Positions 1 through 12,800 of a DNA stretch of 64,000 nucleotides are shown piece by piece. A program made the translations under genes and the position numbers. Location of the stretch: NCBI GenBank assembly GCA_051362555.1, contig CM120642.1, positions 30,876,001 through 30,940,000 of the forward strand, written 5' to 3'. The notes beneath the pieces were generated by a model. The model saw only the letters and a program-made list of their open reading frames with translations, made no database searches and was not told where the DNA came from. The DNA is from Lingula anatina (taxonomy: Eukaryota > Animalia > Brachiopoda). Each line of letters starts with the position of its first letter. Position 1 is the first letter of the stretch.

Positions 1-658
1 TGTGCAACAACAGCTCGAATACTATTCAAGCCGATGATGTAATCTGGGATTCATTAAGTTCCATCCAAATACATGTGAAAGGGCCAGAATGAAAATTTCT
101 TGAAATCAGGACTTCCATAATAATCAGTTGATTAACCACATTTGTAAACAAGAAAAATAAATATGTTGGGAGTTGATAGGTTTCACTGCTTTGTTTCTGA
201 ACACAACCTAGGAGGGACTCAAAACAAAAACAAAACTTTCTAGGTAAGGACCTATATTCATCACACACTTGCACTCCAGGTGTTGCTAAATCCATACCTG
301 TTCACTACAAACAGGACTTAAAATATGTGACTTATCTGCTCAATTCATACCTGCACTGGCTGCATACATACAAACAGGACTTAGAGCATGTGACCAAGGC
401 TGTGTTCACAACTAGTTGATGCGCAAACTAACTAGTTCCTAGATCAAATATGGCAAGACCTACTTGAAAATGTGCCAAAATTTAATAGCTCTGCCCCTGC
501 TGGAACGACACACGTGGGGGTGGGGGGGGGTGGGGTAGGTGGGGGGTTCAGTTGTGTACCGTTTTTGTTCGGCAGACTATATAGTCCATGGACCAACTTG
601 TTGTGAGCAAGGCCTTATCTGTTAAATTCATACCTATTCATTACAAATAAAACCTTAC

Positions 659-3554
659 CGGTGAACTCTAGAGGTAGAATATGTAGAGTTATAACAGGAT
701 GGTCTCCTCCGAGCAACGTTCCCTGTAGGTTGATCACGTGGACTTCCTTGCGACTAGGAGTGATATTAGAACTTACGCACCCTCCAGATGGCGTGAGCTG
801 CTCGTAGACAGGAGAGACGTAGGGAGAGGAATAAGGATAGGTGATGGCACACTTCGATGCAACTTCAGGGGCTGAAATTGAAAAAGAAGACGAAGTTGTT
901 AATTGAGATGCATTCATTCCATGAAACAAAGCAATCTCTCTGGGTATGTGAGAACTCTAAGATCTCACACAACGTATACAACTTAAACTTATAGTTTAAA
1001 TTTTCAGCAAGAACAAGATATCACTAAATAATTAGAAATTGGCAAAAAAAAATGTAATGCAAGAAAAAAAATCCTTATTTACATTCACCAAAGTTCAAGT
1101 GTTTATTTTGCACAATTAGCAAAACCTGCACATTAACAAAATATGCTGAAGAAGGCAAGGCACTCATCATAATAAGTTCCACAAGCCTGGTTACATGCCA
1201 AAAATTATTTGGGATATGCACATATTAATTGATTGAAAAAGGTATTATCACAAATATGTTACCTAAATCTTCAATGAAGAAGTCATATGCTATTCTAACT
1301 TATGTCCTATTCTAAAACAACCCACTCATTTTATATTATACACTGAAAAGAAGCAAAACCATATCATCAAACATATTTAAAAAGTGTGTAATGGGGGGGG
1401 GGGGGGGGTTGGCAATCTGCACGCATGAAATAATAGAAAGTGTGAAGATATCAATACTGTGTAAACACACAACTAGGCAAAAATCCATACAGCTGGGCTG
1501 AAATTTATTGCTCAATTTGTAACATAGAACATGGACTGTACACAGAGCTGGCTGAAGGTCTCCATACAGGGATGGATTTCTTAACACTTACAATGACTGT
1601 TAATTATGTGCTAAGCGCACCAATTTAAACAATATCCAAGATTTTTTTTTCACTTTTATTTAGTTTTGAAGCAATATCAGTCATCAAGGGGACCACAGGA
1701 TCAAGATTAATCGATTTTTGATGCAAAATGGCAAAGTAAGCTATAATCTTCAGAAAAAAAAATACACCATGTTTTCTTTGGTAAATTTCATATTTTGATT
1801 TCAAGAATTTATATAATTTACATCTTTATTTTCAAAAGTTACAATCTCAACCATTCTATGAAAAAGAAAGAAGTCAGGCTGAGGACACTTGGCACAGGCC
1901 TCACTAGGATAGCTTATTGCTCTTGAAATTGGCATCAGGTCAACCAATAGTACATTCCACTCTGACCTCTTCCATCAAACTAAACAGAACGATGCAACTA
2001 AAAGACAAAAATAAATGTCAACACAGCTATTTAGTGTATTTCAAAACGAAATTTCTTTACAGTTACTCAAATTTCTGATTCCCTTTTCAGCCTATAACAA
2101 AATAACGTGCATGCATGTGCGTGTGCATACACAAGCATTCTTCACATTTTCTCTTCCACAACAAGTTAAAACATCAAGTGGACATACATACATACAGACA
2201 ATACGTGGGCCATATTCACAACCAATGCTGATTCTCAGACCAACAGATCAGCAGACCAAATTACTGTAGCAGGTTGGCCATATCTGATCTGTGGATATAT
2301 ATGATTCCGTGGATCAACTCGTCCTGAATGCACCAAAGGTGCCATCCAATATGTTTCTAATGCCAGTATGTGGTAAAAGTATGACTAACCTATACTTAAA
2401 ACAAACTCAATTTACATCAAAACAATCTGATCAGCTTCCAACACATCCCCTTAGTAAAACGCAAAGTTTGTAGCAAATTTACAAGAGCATCTAAGGTTTG
2501 CAGCAAAATTGCAAGAAGTCTTCATATATATATTCTTTCAAATTTAAAACAAATCTCATTTGTATGGCAAAATCCTTGCAAATTTGCAGAAAATTTGCAG
2601 CCACAGTTTGCAAATAAGCCTAAAATTTTGCTATGGGTCGACCTTGGAATTCTAAATCCCATGTCAAGCGATTTGGTCATCAGTAATCTCAGTTTTAATA
2701 CAGCCAGTATGAGTTCCTGACCTCGCACTCAGTAACCGCTCTATAAATACAGAGAAATTACTCTCAAATAATGTTTACTCTCCTTCTGATCTCCATTATG
2801 ATTTTGTCAAACCTCCTCACCACGTTTGACCGTAAATTGACCCCTTCCTTTTGACCAGCGATGTAATGGTCATTCCGACTCAATGGCCGGGCTGTATGAC
2901 CTTTCAAAATAAACCAACTTATTTAAATTCAAGATATTACTAATGCAAGCTATGTTTTGTATGAAGCAGAACTTGGAAAACTTGACCAGCTTGGATATAA
3001 TGGAAAATTGCCATCGTATTTATATAGGCTATGTTGTTACACAACTAGGGTCCATATTTCTAAAGGACTAAGCACTAGTGGGTCACAAAGGTTATGTAAT
3101 TCATAGCACAGGGCCACATTTAACAAAAGACCCAGAGTCTTAAGTTGGCCTGAGCTATAAGAGCGAAAATTTTGGTCTACTTAAATGCAGGCTAAATCCG
3201 TAGTAGTACACTTAAATACTGGTATTAGTCACTCTACACAAAAAGTAGGAATAGCTGATGTTTTAGACCAACAGTAACTTTTTTAGTTCAGTGTTCTTCA
3301 ACAGACTTATTGCAGTTTTCAGTACACTATGTCTGAAAATAAGGACATTCTTATGCCCAAAGTTCTTTGGTGAAACGTGGGCCAAGCCAACAGAATAAGT
3401 TAAAGGGTGCAGTGTTCCAAGCATGTGGTTCTCTGTGACCCCCCCCCCCCCCCTCCACAAATACACACACTCACACACACACACACACTCACTCAGTTTC
3501 ACACACACACACTCACACACACACACACACACACATAAACACACACACATTCAC

Positions 3555-3594
<40 letters not shown>

Positions 3595-3800
3595 TCACAC
3601 AGTTTCACACACACACACACACACACATACACTCACATAAACACACACACTCACAGTTTCACAAATACAGTTACACTTACATGTATTCACACACACATAC
3701 ACATACTCACACACATACAGTTTCAAACATACAGTTTCACATACACTTACACACACACACACACACACACACAAAGAGAGAGAGAGAGAGAGAGAGAGAG

Positions 3801-3836
<36 letters not shown>

Positions 3837-6800
3837 CTGAATACCTCCAGGTCAATAACCTTAGGCTCTCTATTTACGTAACTGGCACACACTGACAGTA
3901 ATGTGCATACCTTGACCTACCTCTATTTGCCATGCTAGTAAAACCATGACCCCATTTAAAAAAATATTCTTGATGTACACATTTGAACTGTCTCCAGTAT
4001 ATATGATTCTAGTAATAACAGTTGGCTGAAACAGTACTGGTGGCTATTGTAATGAGCAAGGGGAGCTTCACAATTTTTTCTTGCACATGACACACAATTC
4101 ACCATCAATAAGCTGTAAATATTCTAAACTTGTTTTGCAACATTTACTCACAAATTGAACAATTACACATTTATATTGCATTGTAAATGGCCCTTTTGTC
4201 CTGAAAAAAAAAAGGTTTTCAGTTGAACCATTTCGTGAAAATTCCTTGACAAATAAGAGTAGAAAAGGGCTGTGGAATGTTGACAATTGATATGTTGATT
4301 TACATGTAAAAAAATCAAGAAAGACAGATGAAGGTGTTACCCTTCATTCCCTTGCTTTTTTTTCATCAACACTTCAAATAAAAAGTGACAGAGATTGCAA
4401 TTCAAACTGTTTGCTATTTAGTTCCAAAAGGGGTTGTTTATGCATGGGACAGTAACGTGTGACACTGGTTTGATGAGATAATTAACAGGAATCCATCAAA
4501 ACGCCACACCCACTTAATATTCCATAACTATATTATCCGTATATAACAGTGTAAAGCGGGGTTAAACAGCCCAAACTGGCATGGTCATGCCTGACCTAAT
4601 TCTAGCCCTACCTGGCCTTGTCCTACACTCTACCAAGGGGACAGATTGACTTTTCACAAGATATTCCCAGATAATTTGTGTCTTTAGATAAATAGACAGA
4701 CATTTGATTCTCTGCTTTTTGAAATTTGCCTATTATGCTTGGTCATATTTGCTGCTATTCATGCCTGGACTAATTCTATACCAAATTAGCTTAATCATAT
4801 CTAGCTTTATTCTAGTCCCAACTTGCCTACACCTTAATGAAAATTCACATTTTTTTTCACTATTCCAGTCTGTTCTGTAATCTGTTCAATAGGCTAACAA
4901 TGTTCCCTTTTCCCTAGATTAATTTTATGACCTTTATGTAGAATCCATCTACCACCTTTTTGTACATATTTCGTTATTTTTAACCTGCCATCCAACAGTG
5001 GGGGTCATATTGCCAGGCCCGTAGCCAGGGGGGGGGGGTTCGAAAGAACTGCCCTTTTTGCTGGGAAAAGGTCCACTTTGGATAAAATTTGATCTAGGTA
5101 CATGAAGGTTTTATGATAAAAGGTCCACTTTTTCAGAAAACGAACCCCCCATTTGAAATTGCTGGCTACGGGCCTGTATTGCCATTATTCTGTTTTTGGT
5201 CCTGTCCAAAAAAAAATCCATTTTCCATAATTCAATGATTATTTTGATATAAAATTTCATCACCATTCTCATCCAGTGCAAGCGTAAAAGCTACCTATGG
5301 TGTTTTTTCCTCCCAAGATATTCCAACCCTCACAATCTCTCATTCTTGACATCACCCCTATGACCTGAAAACTAACTCCACATTCCACGATGAGGTCAAG
5401 ACCCAAAAGAGGACCAACCAATTATGTCCTCACATTTTGCGGTGACGTGCTGGTGGAATAATTTAGGCTGCATTTACTGAAGCAAGTGATGCAAAAAGAC
5501 CATAGACTGACTCAGCCCTGTGAGGTTAAAATATGTTTATTTTTCTTTACTTCTAGGGTACTTGTTCAAGTTATATTATGATTAACAATTTTTTCATGTA
5601 CTGAATTTCAAAGAACAGTAAACCAATTGTACTTTATTTGATTTTAAGCCAAGGGCAGTATCAATCACTGCTGCACTGGTTACATATCAACTTTTCTTTC
5701 TACAGATCTATTTTTTACAAGTCCAAGTATGCCAATTTGTTTTCTAAACAAGTCTAACTGATATCATATGTCGACATTTTTAAAAACTAAACTGCCTCTT
5801 TTTTACATGACAGAAATGTTGAGGCTCAAATGACTGTAAAAACCACAGAATATTTCATGCTACATAAAAATAAAATCTAACTAGACAAAGAAAAGCAATG
5901 GTAAAATTGGTTCTGATTACAGATTATGATTTTTCATCTTTTCTCAAAAACCAGTCCACTTCAGTCCCTGCCCAAAACCTTTCAGCCTAATTGGCCTTTG
6001 GGCCCCAAAGCAGAGCACACTGGCCTAAAGGTGATTGGATAATAATGGACACTATCAATTTAAGCAATTAAAATGGTGCCATTTTGGATAAAAAGGTGAG
6101 CAGGATGCGCGATGTTTCCTCTGAGTATTCTGTGGTTTGTCATAAAGTGAGTTTTTGAGTTTATAAGATGAAATTTTTTTGAACACTTCATAAGTGCTTT
6201 CATAGATTTTGTACCACCAAAGTTGCCATCAAGCCTGTAGGGCCAGTATATACAAAGGGCTTTTAAACTATTTCAATTATGGCAGGAACATCTCAGAGGC
6301 AGAAATTACATTAATCTTTCAAAGGTCTCATCTCTTAAATTATGCTTTAATCATAAAATTCAGAAAATCACCATTGCCTTTTCTCTCTCTTTCACCTTTA
6401 TGGGCACATGACACCTACATGATACTAACATGTTGCTATGGTTCAGACATGTAGTTGGTTAAGCAAGAATAACTGAGAATCAGCCACCTTGAAACCAATA
6501 CTTTTAAAAAGGCATTTATTCCTTATGCAAATAAGTAGAAAAATGAATGAAAAGAGACATTTTTTGCTATGTTTGATAATTAGGTCATTGACATAGTGGC
6601 GGTAGGGAGTCACCCAGACGACCCGTTATGCATACGTAGATCGCGAACTGCGTTTATGTACGAATGAGGCACAGCTGGAAATGACGTAATTATTAAAGGT
6701 GGCTGGAAAATAGCGCCGCTAAGGACTGGATTTGAACTAGCGGAAAAACGTTTTGAAGACAGACTAAGCGGAAAGGAGGAAAAAGGACTTAGAAAAGAAG

Positions 6801-9800
6801 CTGACGGGGAGGGAGGAGGTGAACGAAATAAAGTGAGAGACTTACCGATCTGCTACTTTAGCTGTACTCAAACACTGTCCTCTATTGTTGTACGTATAGT
6901 AGTAAGCGTTGTCGACGGCTGCACGTCTCTCTATAGTTGACCGCTCGTGCCGGAGGCTGGATACGATCTGACCGCTACTGCTAAGATCTTCAACGCGCAC
7001 ATGTGGGTCACATGTCAATTAGGACGCGTAACGATTGGTCAAGATGATGTAAGAAGTGCGGTAGAGGCACAAGTGGCTGTATAACGGCGCCAGGGCGACT
7101 CCCTACTTATTATGTAACGTCATAAATGGGATTGCGTCTAAGGCCGCAATCTTGTATTTATTCCTTATGCAAATAAGTAGAAAAATGAATGAAAAGAGAC
7201 ATTTTTTGCTATGTTTGATAATTAGGTCATTGACATAGTGGCGGTAGGGAGTCACCCAGACGACCCGTTATGCATACGTAGATCGCGAACTGCGTTTATG
7301 TACGAATGAGGCACAGCTGGAAATGACGTAATTATTAAAGGTGGCTGGAAAATAGCGCCATGAAAACGCCAGGACATGTGTAGCATGTACCTGGGGTTTT
7401 TCCGCCACCCAAAAAATGTAAATAAAGAAAAAACACCTATAATGAGATATGAACAATTTAATTATTGAACATTGATGCGTATATGAGAGGAAAAGGATAT
7501 TTAATTTAGTTTTGAAGTACCTGGAACTGTGTTGTAAAGTCCTTTGGTAAAATTTTTTGCGTATCAGTCCTTTGCTCTATAACAATATAAGCGTATAAAG
7601 TTGTTGTAAAACTATGCTGTCTTTTAAAAATGCTTAAACCACTGCAATCAGTAGAGGGGAAGTGACAAGTCCATGCTCCTATAGACGTATGTATATCTTT
7701 AACGTAATCGGAGCGTCGTCGCCCCGAAGGGTCAGTTGGTCGTACATACCCTTGCGTTTCAGTATATGAGTTCTATAACGAAATAAACGTATAAAATTGA
7801 TGTAAAGTAAGCTATCGCTTATAAATACATAAATCTCCTGTAATCGGGAAAGAAAAGAGTCTAGTCAATGGTTCTAAAAGCGGATGTATTTCTTGAAAGC
7901 GTTGGAGCGCCATCGCCCCAACGAACGGATCTGTTGGTCGGACATACCCCTGCTAGCAGCTAAGGTTGCGCCCCCGATACGAAAACTATGACTTCTTATG
8001 TTCGTGTTAGCGATTGAAGCGGACGCAAGGCATACTTGTAAGGCTCTGTTGAATTGGGAACGCCTCACTGGAGACCCGTCCTGATTTACGAAGAGGTGGG
8101 GGTAGGTGGAGGCCGGGCGGGCTTGGAGGTAAGCTTTACAGATGGACACCGGGCATATCGTAGGTTGCGAGATGATTGAAATCTGGAAGTTAGAGGTGAC
8201 TGATGAGTGTTTAAACGATCCAAAGGTTAGAGTCAGTTGATGGCTGGTCTGATCGTAACGTAGATCGTCCCGTAAGAGCGTATGAGGCGATGGTCCTGCC
8301 GTGATCTCACTAATGCGCAGTAAGCCGAAAAAGGCTAAAGAGAACATGGCCTTGTACAGGATTGCATTGTAACTCGAATCGAAAGCGTGTGAGGCGGCGG
8401 ATACGAGTTTTTCAAGGATAGGTAGAGTGATTGGCAGGCGTGTGTCCTGAGAAGGCTGTAGTCTCTGTAAGCCCTGAAGCGTCTGACGCACCAGGTAAGT
8501 GGCTGTGGGGTCCGTCATATTTCGCATTTTGTATCTGTAGCTTAAAGCTGACATGAAAGTTTTTATGGAGTTGGGCTTATAGCGGATCGCCAAATATTGA
8601 GCAAAGAGCGCCGTTATCGTAGCGTCTGCGGGGAAGGGTACTAAACCGGTGGACGCCTGAAAATCCTGTAATAGGTTGTCGATTTTTCCGTACGAACGTC
8701 GCGTTGAAGGGGCCAAGGCTGCGTTGATTGTATTGTTTAGTCGGCCAGTAAGATCTCGGGTGACAGATGACTGGGCAGCGGAACGGGATGGGGTGTGGCT
8801 GTCGTTTGCGTAGAGCGGAAAGTCTGAAAATCGAAGCGAGAAAGAGCGTCAGCTGCGACGTTGTCAGAACCTGGAATATGTTCGGCTTTGAATAGAATGT
8901 TGTAGGATAACGCAACAAGGGTTAGTTTGCGAAGTAAGCGGAGAATAACTTTTTCTTTTGTCGAACATTTGTTTAGAACGTATACTAGCGCTTGATTGTC
9001 TGAATGAACGATGACTTTTTTGTGAGCGAAAGTGTCACGCCATAGGCTGAAAGCTGCCACTATAGGATACATTTCAAGAACGGCTATGTTTAATTGCTTC
9101 AAGTGATCAGCCCAGGGTCCCCAGAACCACAGAGAGTTGAGTATCGCGCCGAACCCATGTTGGCTAGAAGCGTCGGTGTACAGGTGAAGGGTGTTCGAAC
9201 CTTCCCATGCGTCGTCGTGGAAGAAACCTCTTCCGTTGAACTCGAGTAGAAAACTTCTCCACATATTCAGGTCGGCTCGAGATTCGCTGTTAAGACGGAC
9301 TTTGAAGTATGGTTTAGAGACCCCTATTGTCAAGTTTATGAGTCTGCGAAGGAAGGCTCGGCCAGCGGGAATGATGTAGCAGCAGAAATTTAAGAGACCA
9401 ATGATCGACTGAAGCTCTTTCAATGTGATTTTCTTACTGCGGAGGTGAGACTGAATTAACTCTAAACACCTTGAGATTTTTTCGGCGGGAAGTCGGGCCT
9501 CTTGCTTTACAGAGTCTAGCTCAATGCCCGCGAACGTTATGGTCGTGGCCGGGTCAGTTGTTTTGTCTGCAGCGATGGGTATCCCGATGTCCTTGCACGT
9601 ATGAAGAAATTGTTGCAACTTGTTCGAACAACCTTGGTAAGAGCTTTCTACGACAAGGAAATCGTCTAGTAAGTGAGTCATGTGGGGAATGTCTAGCTTT
9701 GTAGCTGCGATCCACTGCAGTGCCGAACTAAGCTTTTCGAAGAGGCTGCATGAACACGAAAGACCCATAGGCAATGTTTTGTCGAAATAGAAAAACTGGC

Positions 9801-12800
9801 GATGTCGAAAGCCTAACAGAAAGCGGTAGTCTGGATGAATCGGAATGATACGAAAAGCATTTTCAATGTCTGTTTTTGCCATGAAGGCTCCCTTTCCAAC
9901 GGTCTTGACTAAGCGTATGGCGTCGGCGACTGTGGCGTATTGCACTGAAGAATGTTCTGGGTTAATGCCGTCATTAACCGAATGGCCTTCGGGGTGGGAG
10001 AGGTGGTGGATAAAGCGAAATTTGCCTGGGGAATTTTTGGGGACGACGCCGACAGGGGAGATTTTAAAATTTGGAAAAGGAGGGGTGGCGAGAGGGCCCA
10101 ATAAACGACCCGCTTGGACTTCGGTGAGAATTTTGTCGTCTAACGCTTGGGAAGTGTCGGAGGCGGACTGTAAGTTTTTAGTAGAATTTTGAGGGAGGGA
10201 ACCTGAAAAGGGGATTTTAAAACCTTCTGAAAACCCCGTAACTAGAAATTGAGACGTGACGATGTCGTAATTTGTGAGGTAACGTTCGAGGATCTGGGGT
10301 TTTACGGGGGTGGTGATGGACTGGTCCTGATTGTACGGCTTGTTTTGGAGAATGGCCTGCTGGAGAGGGGAACTAGAATCTTCGGAAGCTGGGTCTGGGT
10401 TGGTAGGGGGAAGGGCCGGAGGCTCGAAAGGAGTGGGATCGTTGGCGGGACATTTTGAATGGAGAGGGCTTTGACGAAAGTTGGGGGCAAGAGGAACGGG
10501 GGTGACTGCCCCTGCAGCCCATGCATTGGTGGGGGAAACGGCACGTGAGCGGGTTGCATGGCTGTCCCTCGTTCCAGCGAAAACAGAAGCCAGGTCTGGA
10601 GGCTGATTGTGGGACTTGGTCTTGATCACGTCTCGCAATGAAAGTGACCTCCGCCAATATAACTCCGTTAGGGTCCTCCCAGTTGAATCCAGGGGACTTT
10701 TGTTGTGCTCTGAACTTCTCGTCGTAGCGACGCCAATTAGGGAATTTGTTGGCCTGCATTTCGAGAATGCGGTTTGCGTAATGAAGGAGGCTCACTGCTT
10801 CCGTTGGGAAGCGCTGAAGGTGAATGACACTAAAAACGTGGAATGCGCACTGCCATTGATACGGGGTTATCGGAGACGAACGTTTGTGTGCAGGAGCCAA
10901 CTTAAACGAAATATTCCCGTCGTCGTCGACATTGGGCTGTGTAACGAGTTGTTGGGGCGTAGAAATTTCTGAAGAAGTAAGCGTATTTGACGAGGGGGGA
11001 AGGAGCGATTTCATATCCACGAACTCTTTAGCCCAGATTTTTTCCCTGAGGTTCTTGGGGACATGCTGGTCTAAAAGTGAATAGTGGCTCTTACCTTGAG
11101 AGCCCTGGTCCTGAGCCGGGCAGTGGAGGTGAGTGGGTGGCTGAAACTGTGCCTGGTTAGAAGAAGGATTACCCATGTAACCCTGAGAGGACGAAGGACC
11201 GGGATTAGAGGCGTAACCCGTGTTACCCTGTGACGACTGACGAACTTGAGACTGGGCTGGGTTACCCATGTAACCCGGGTTACCCATGTAACCCTGAGGG
11301 AAGGGAGAGTGTGTTGTGGCAAAGAAACCCAAGTTACTCTGCGACGACGTGGAAGGCTGGACATGTCCGGAGTTACCCACGAAACCCTGCGTGGTAGGCA
11401 GCTGAGATGGGGCAGAGTAACCCATGTTACTCGGCACTGCCCTTACAGCCTCTTGACTCCCGGTGTGTAAAGGTGCTTGGCCGTGCAGGGACACCTGACC
11501 CTGGATAGGATTACCCATGTAACCCTGTGAGGTGCCAGGTGGTGGGCTGTTTATGACACCCTGAGTAGCTGTATTGCTTGTGTGCGCATCTGATATCAGC
11601 GATCCGCTAGAGGGAATTGGGTTTGAGGCGGCGGCTGCTGCTCGTGGCGAGCTGTTTTGCCTGTGTTGATGCGCGACCTGCACGTTTGCGTCCGTCATAA
11701 CGGCGGTCGCGTATTCCCCGTGTTCCTGCAAGGCTTGAAGGAAGGAGAATCCTTCCATGGGAGGTGCAGGGATGTGAGGAAGTTGGCTCATGGTCTGAAA
11801 TAGAGAATGAATTGTTGTGACTCCCTGAGCAGAGATTTTAGCCCTGCCAGCTATGTGGGTGAGTGGGGGAGGGTGTCTGTATGTGTGAGTTTGTTTTATG
11901 TGAGAGGAGTAAAAAGATGGAAAGGTTCCGCTAATATGACGAGCAACGTACGTGAACGGATGTGTAAATAGTGGAACGTGATAAAATGTAACGAACTATT
12001 GCGATAACGTGTAACGAGCATAACGGGAACAGTAACGAATCTAGCCGTGATAACGTGTAACGCATGCGGCATAGTAACGGATGTAGCATGTAACGAATTA
12101 ACGTACGTAAGTATAACGTGTTTCATTGTGCGGAAAGTAATCTGAAAACGTGTAACTTAATGTGGCATGTCTGTAGTGAGTATAACGGGAAAATGTAACG
12201 AATCTAACGGTAATAACGTGTAACGTATGTAGCTTAATAACGGATGTAGCATGTAGTGAAATAACGAACGTAAGTATAACGTGTTTCAGTGTGCGGAACG
12301 TAATCTGAAAACGTATAAATTAATGTAGTATGAAACGTGTAAACCATGTAACGAATGAGACGAGATAATATAAAACGTATGTGGCGGTGATAGGAGATAG
12401 CGACTGCAGAATGTGCTACGATGTAACGAAAGGCCATGAAAACGTGAAACGTACGCAACTATTTAAACAGAAGCGAATCAAAAGAATAAAATGATGGCAA
12501 CGTGTGTAACGTAACGGAATGCGTATAATTATTATAACCTGAATAAACAATAAAACTAAATATAGTTAGTAGGCGACTTGATGCAAGGAGCGTGGTATAC
12601 TCACGCAGATGACGTCGCGAATGGATTACAGCGCCCCGTATCGATCGCCAGAGACGTTTTCGTCCCCGTGTGTTCAGATGAACTCCGTCGGAGCAGAGGA
12701 CGTCTTTCCACGCATCTTGGATTCCCACGTGTTTCCAGAAGTGTGCTCGTGACTTGGTTGAAAGTTGTCTTCGTAGTTCGTCGTTGATAACGTCGACTTG

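Noticed and set aside
1-43. Possible next TGFBR3 exon (DYIIGLNSIRAVVA)
   Set aside because: Phase fits and LNS resembles betaglycan, but the acceptor is weak and the exon is cut by the window edge.
3263-3881. HT- and CV-rich ORFs
   Set aside because: Translations of the (CA)n microsatellite.
7715-7790. Possible hammerhead ribozyme (ATGAGTT-CTAT-AACGAAA; CCCC-GAA-GGGG hairpin)
   Set aside because: The CUGAnGA core is missing and the region is explained by the degenerate YR-tail duplication.
9191-11470. Plus-strand ORFs antisense to gag/pol
   Set aside because: Short, motif-free, and expected from the higher GC content of the element.
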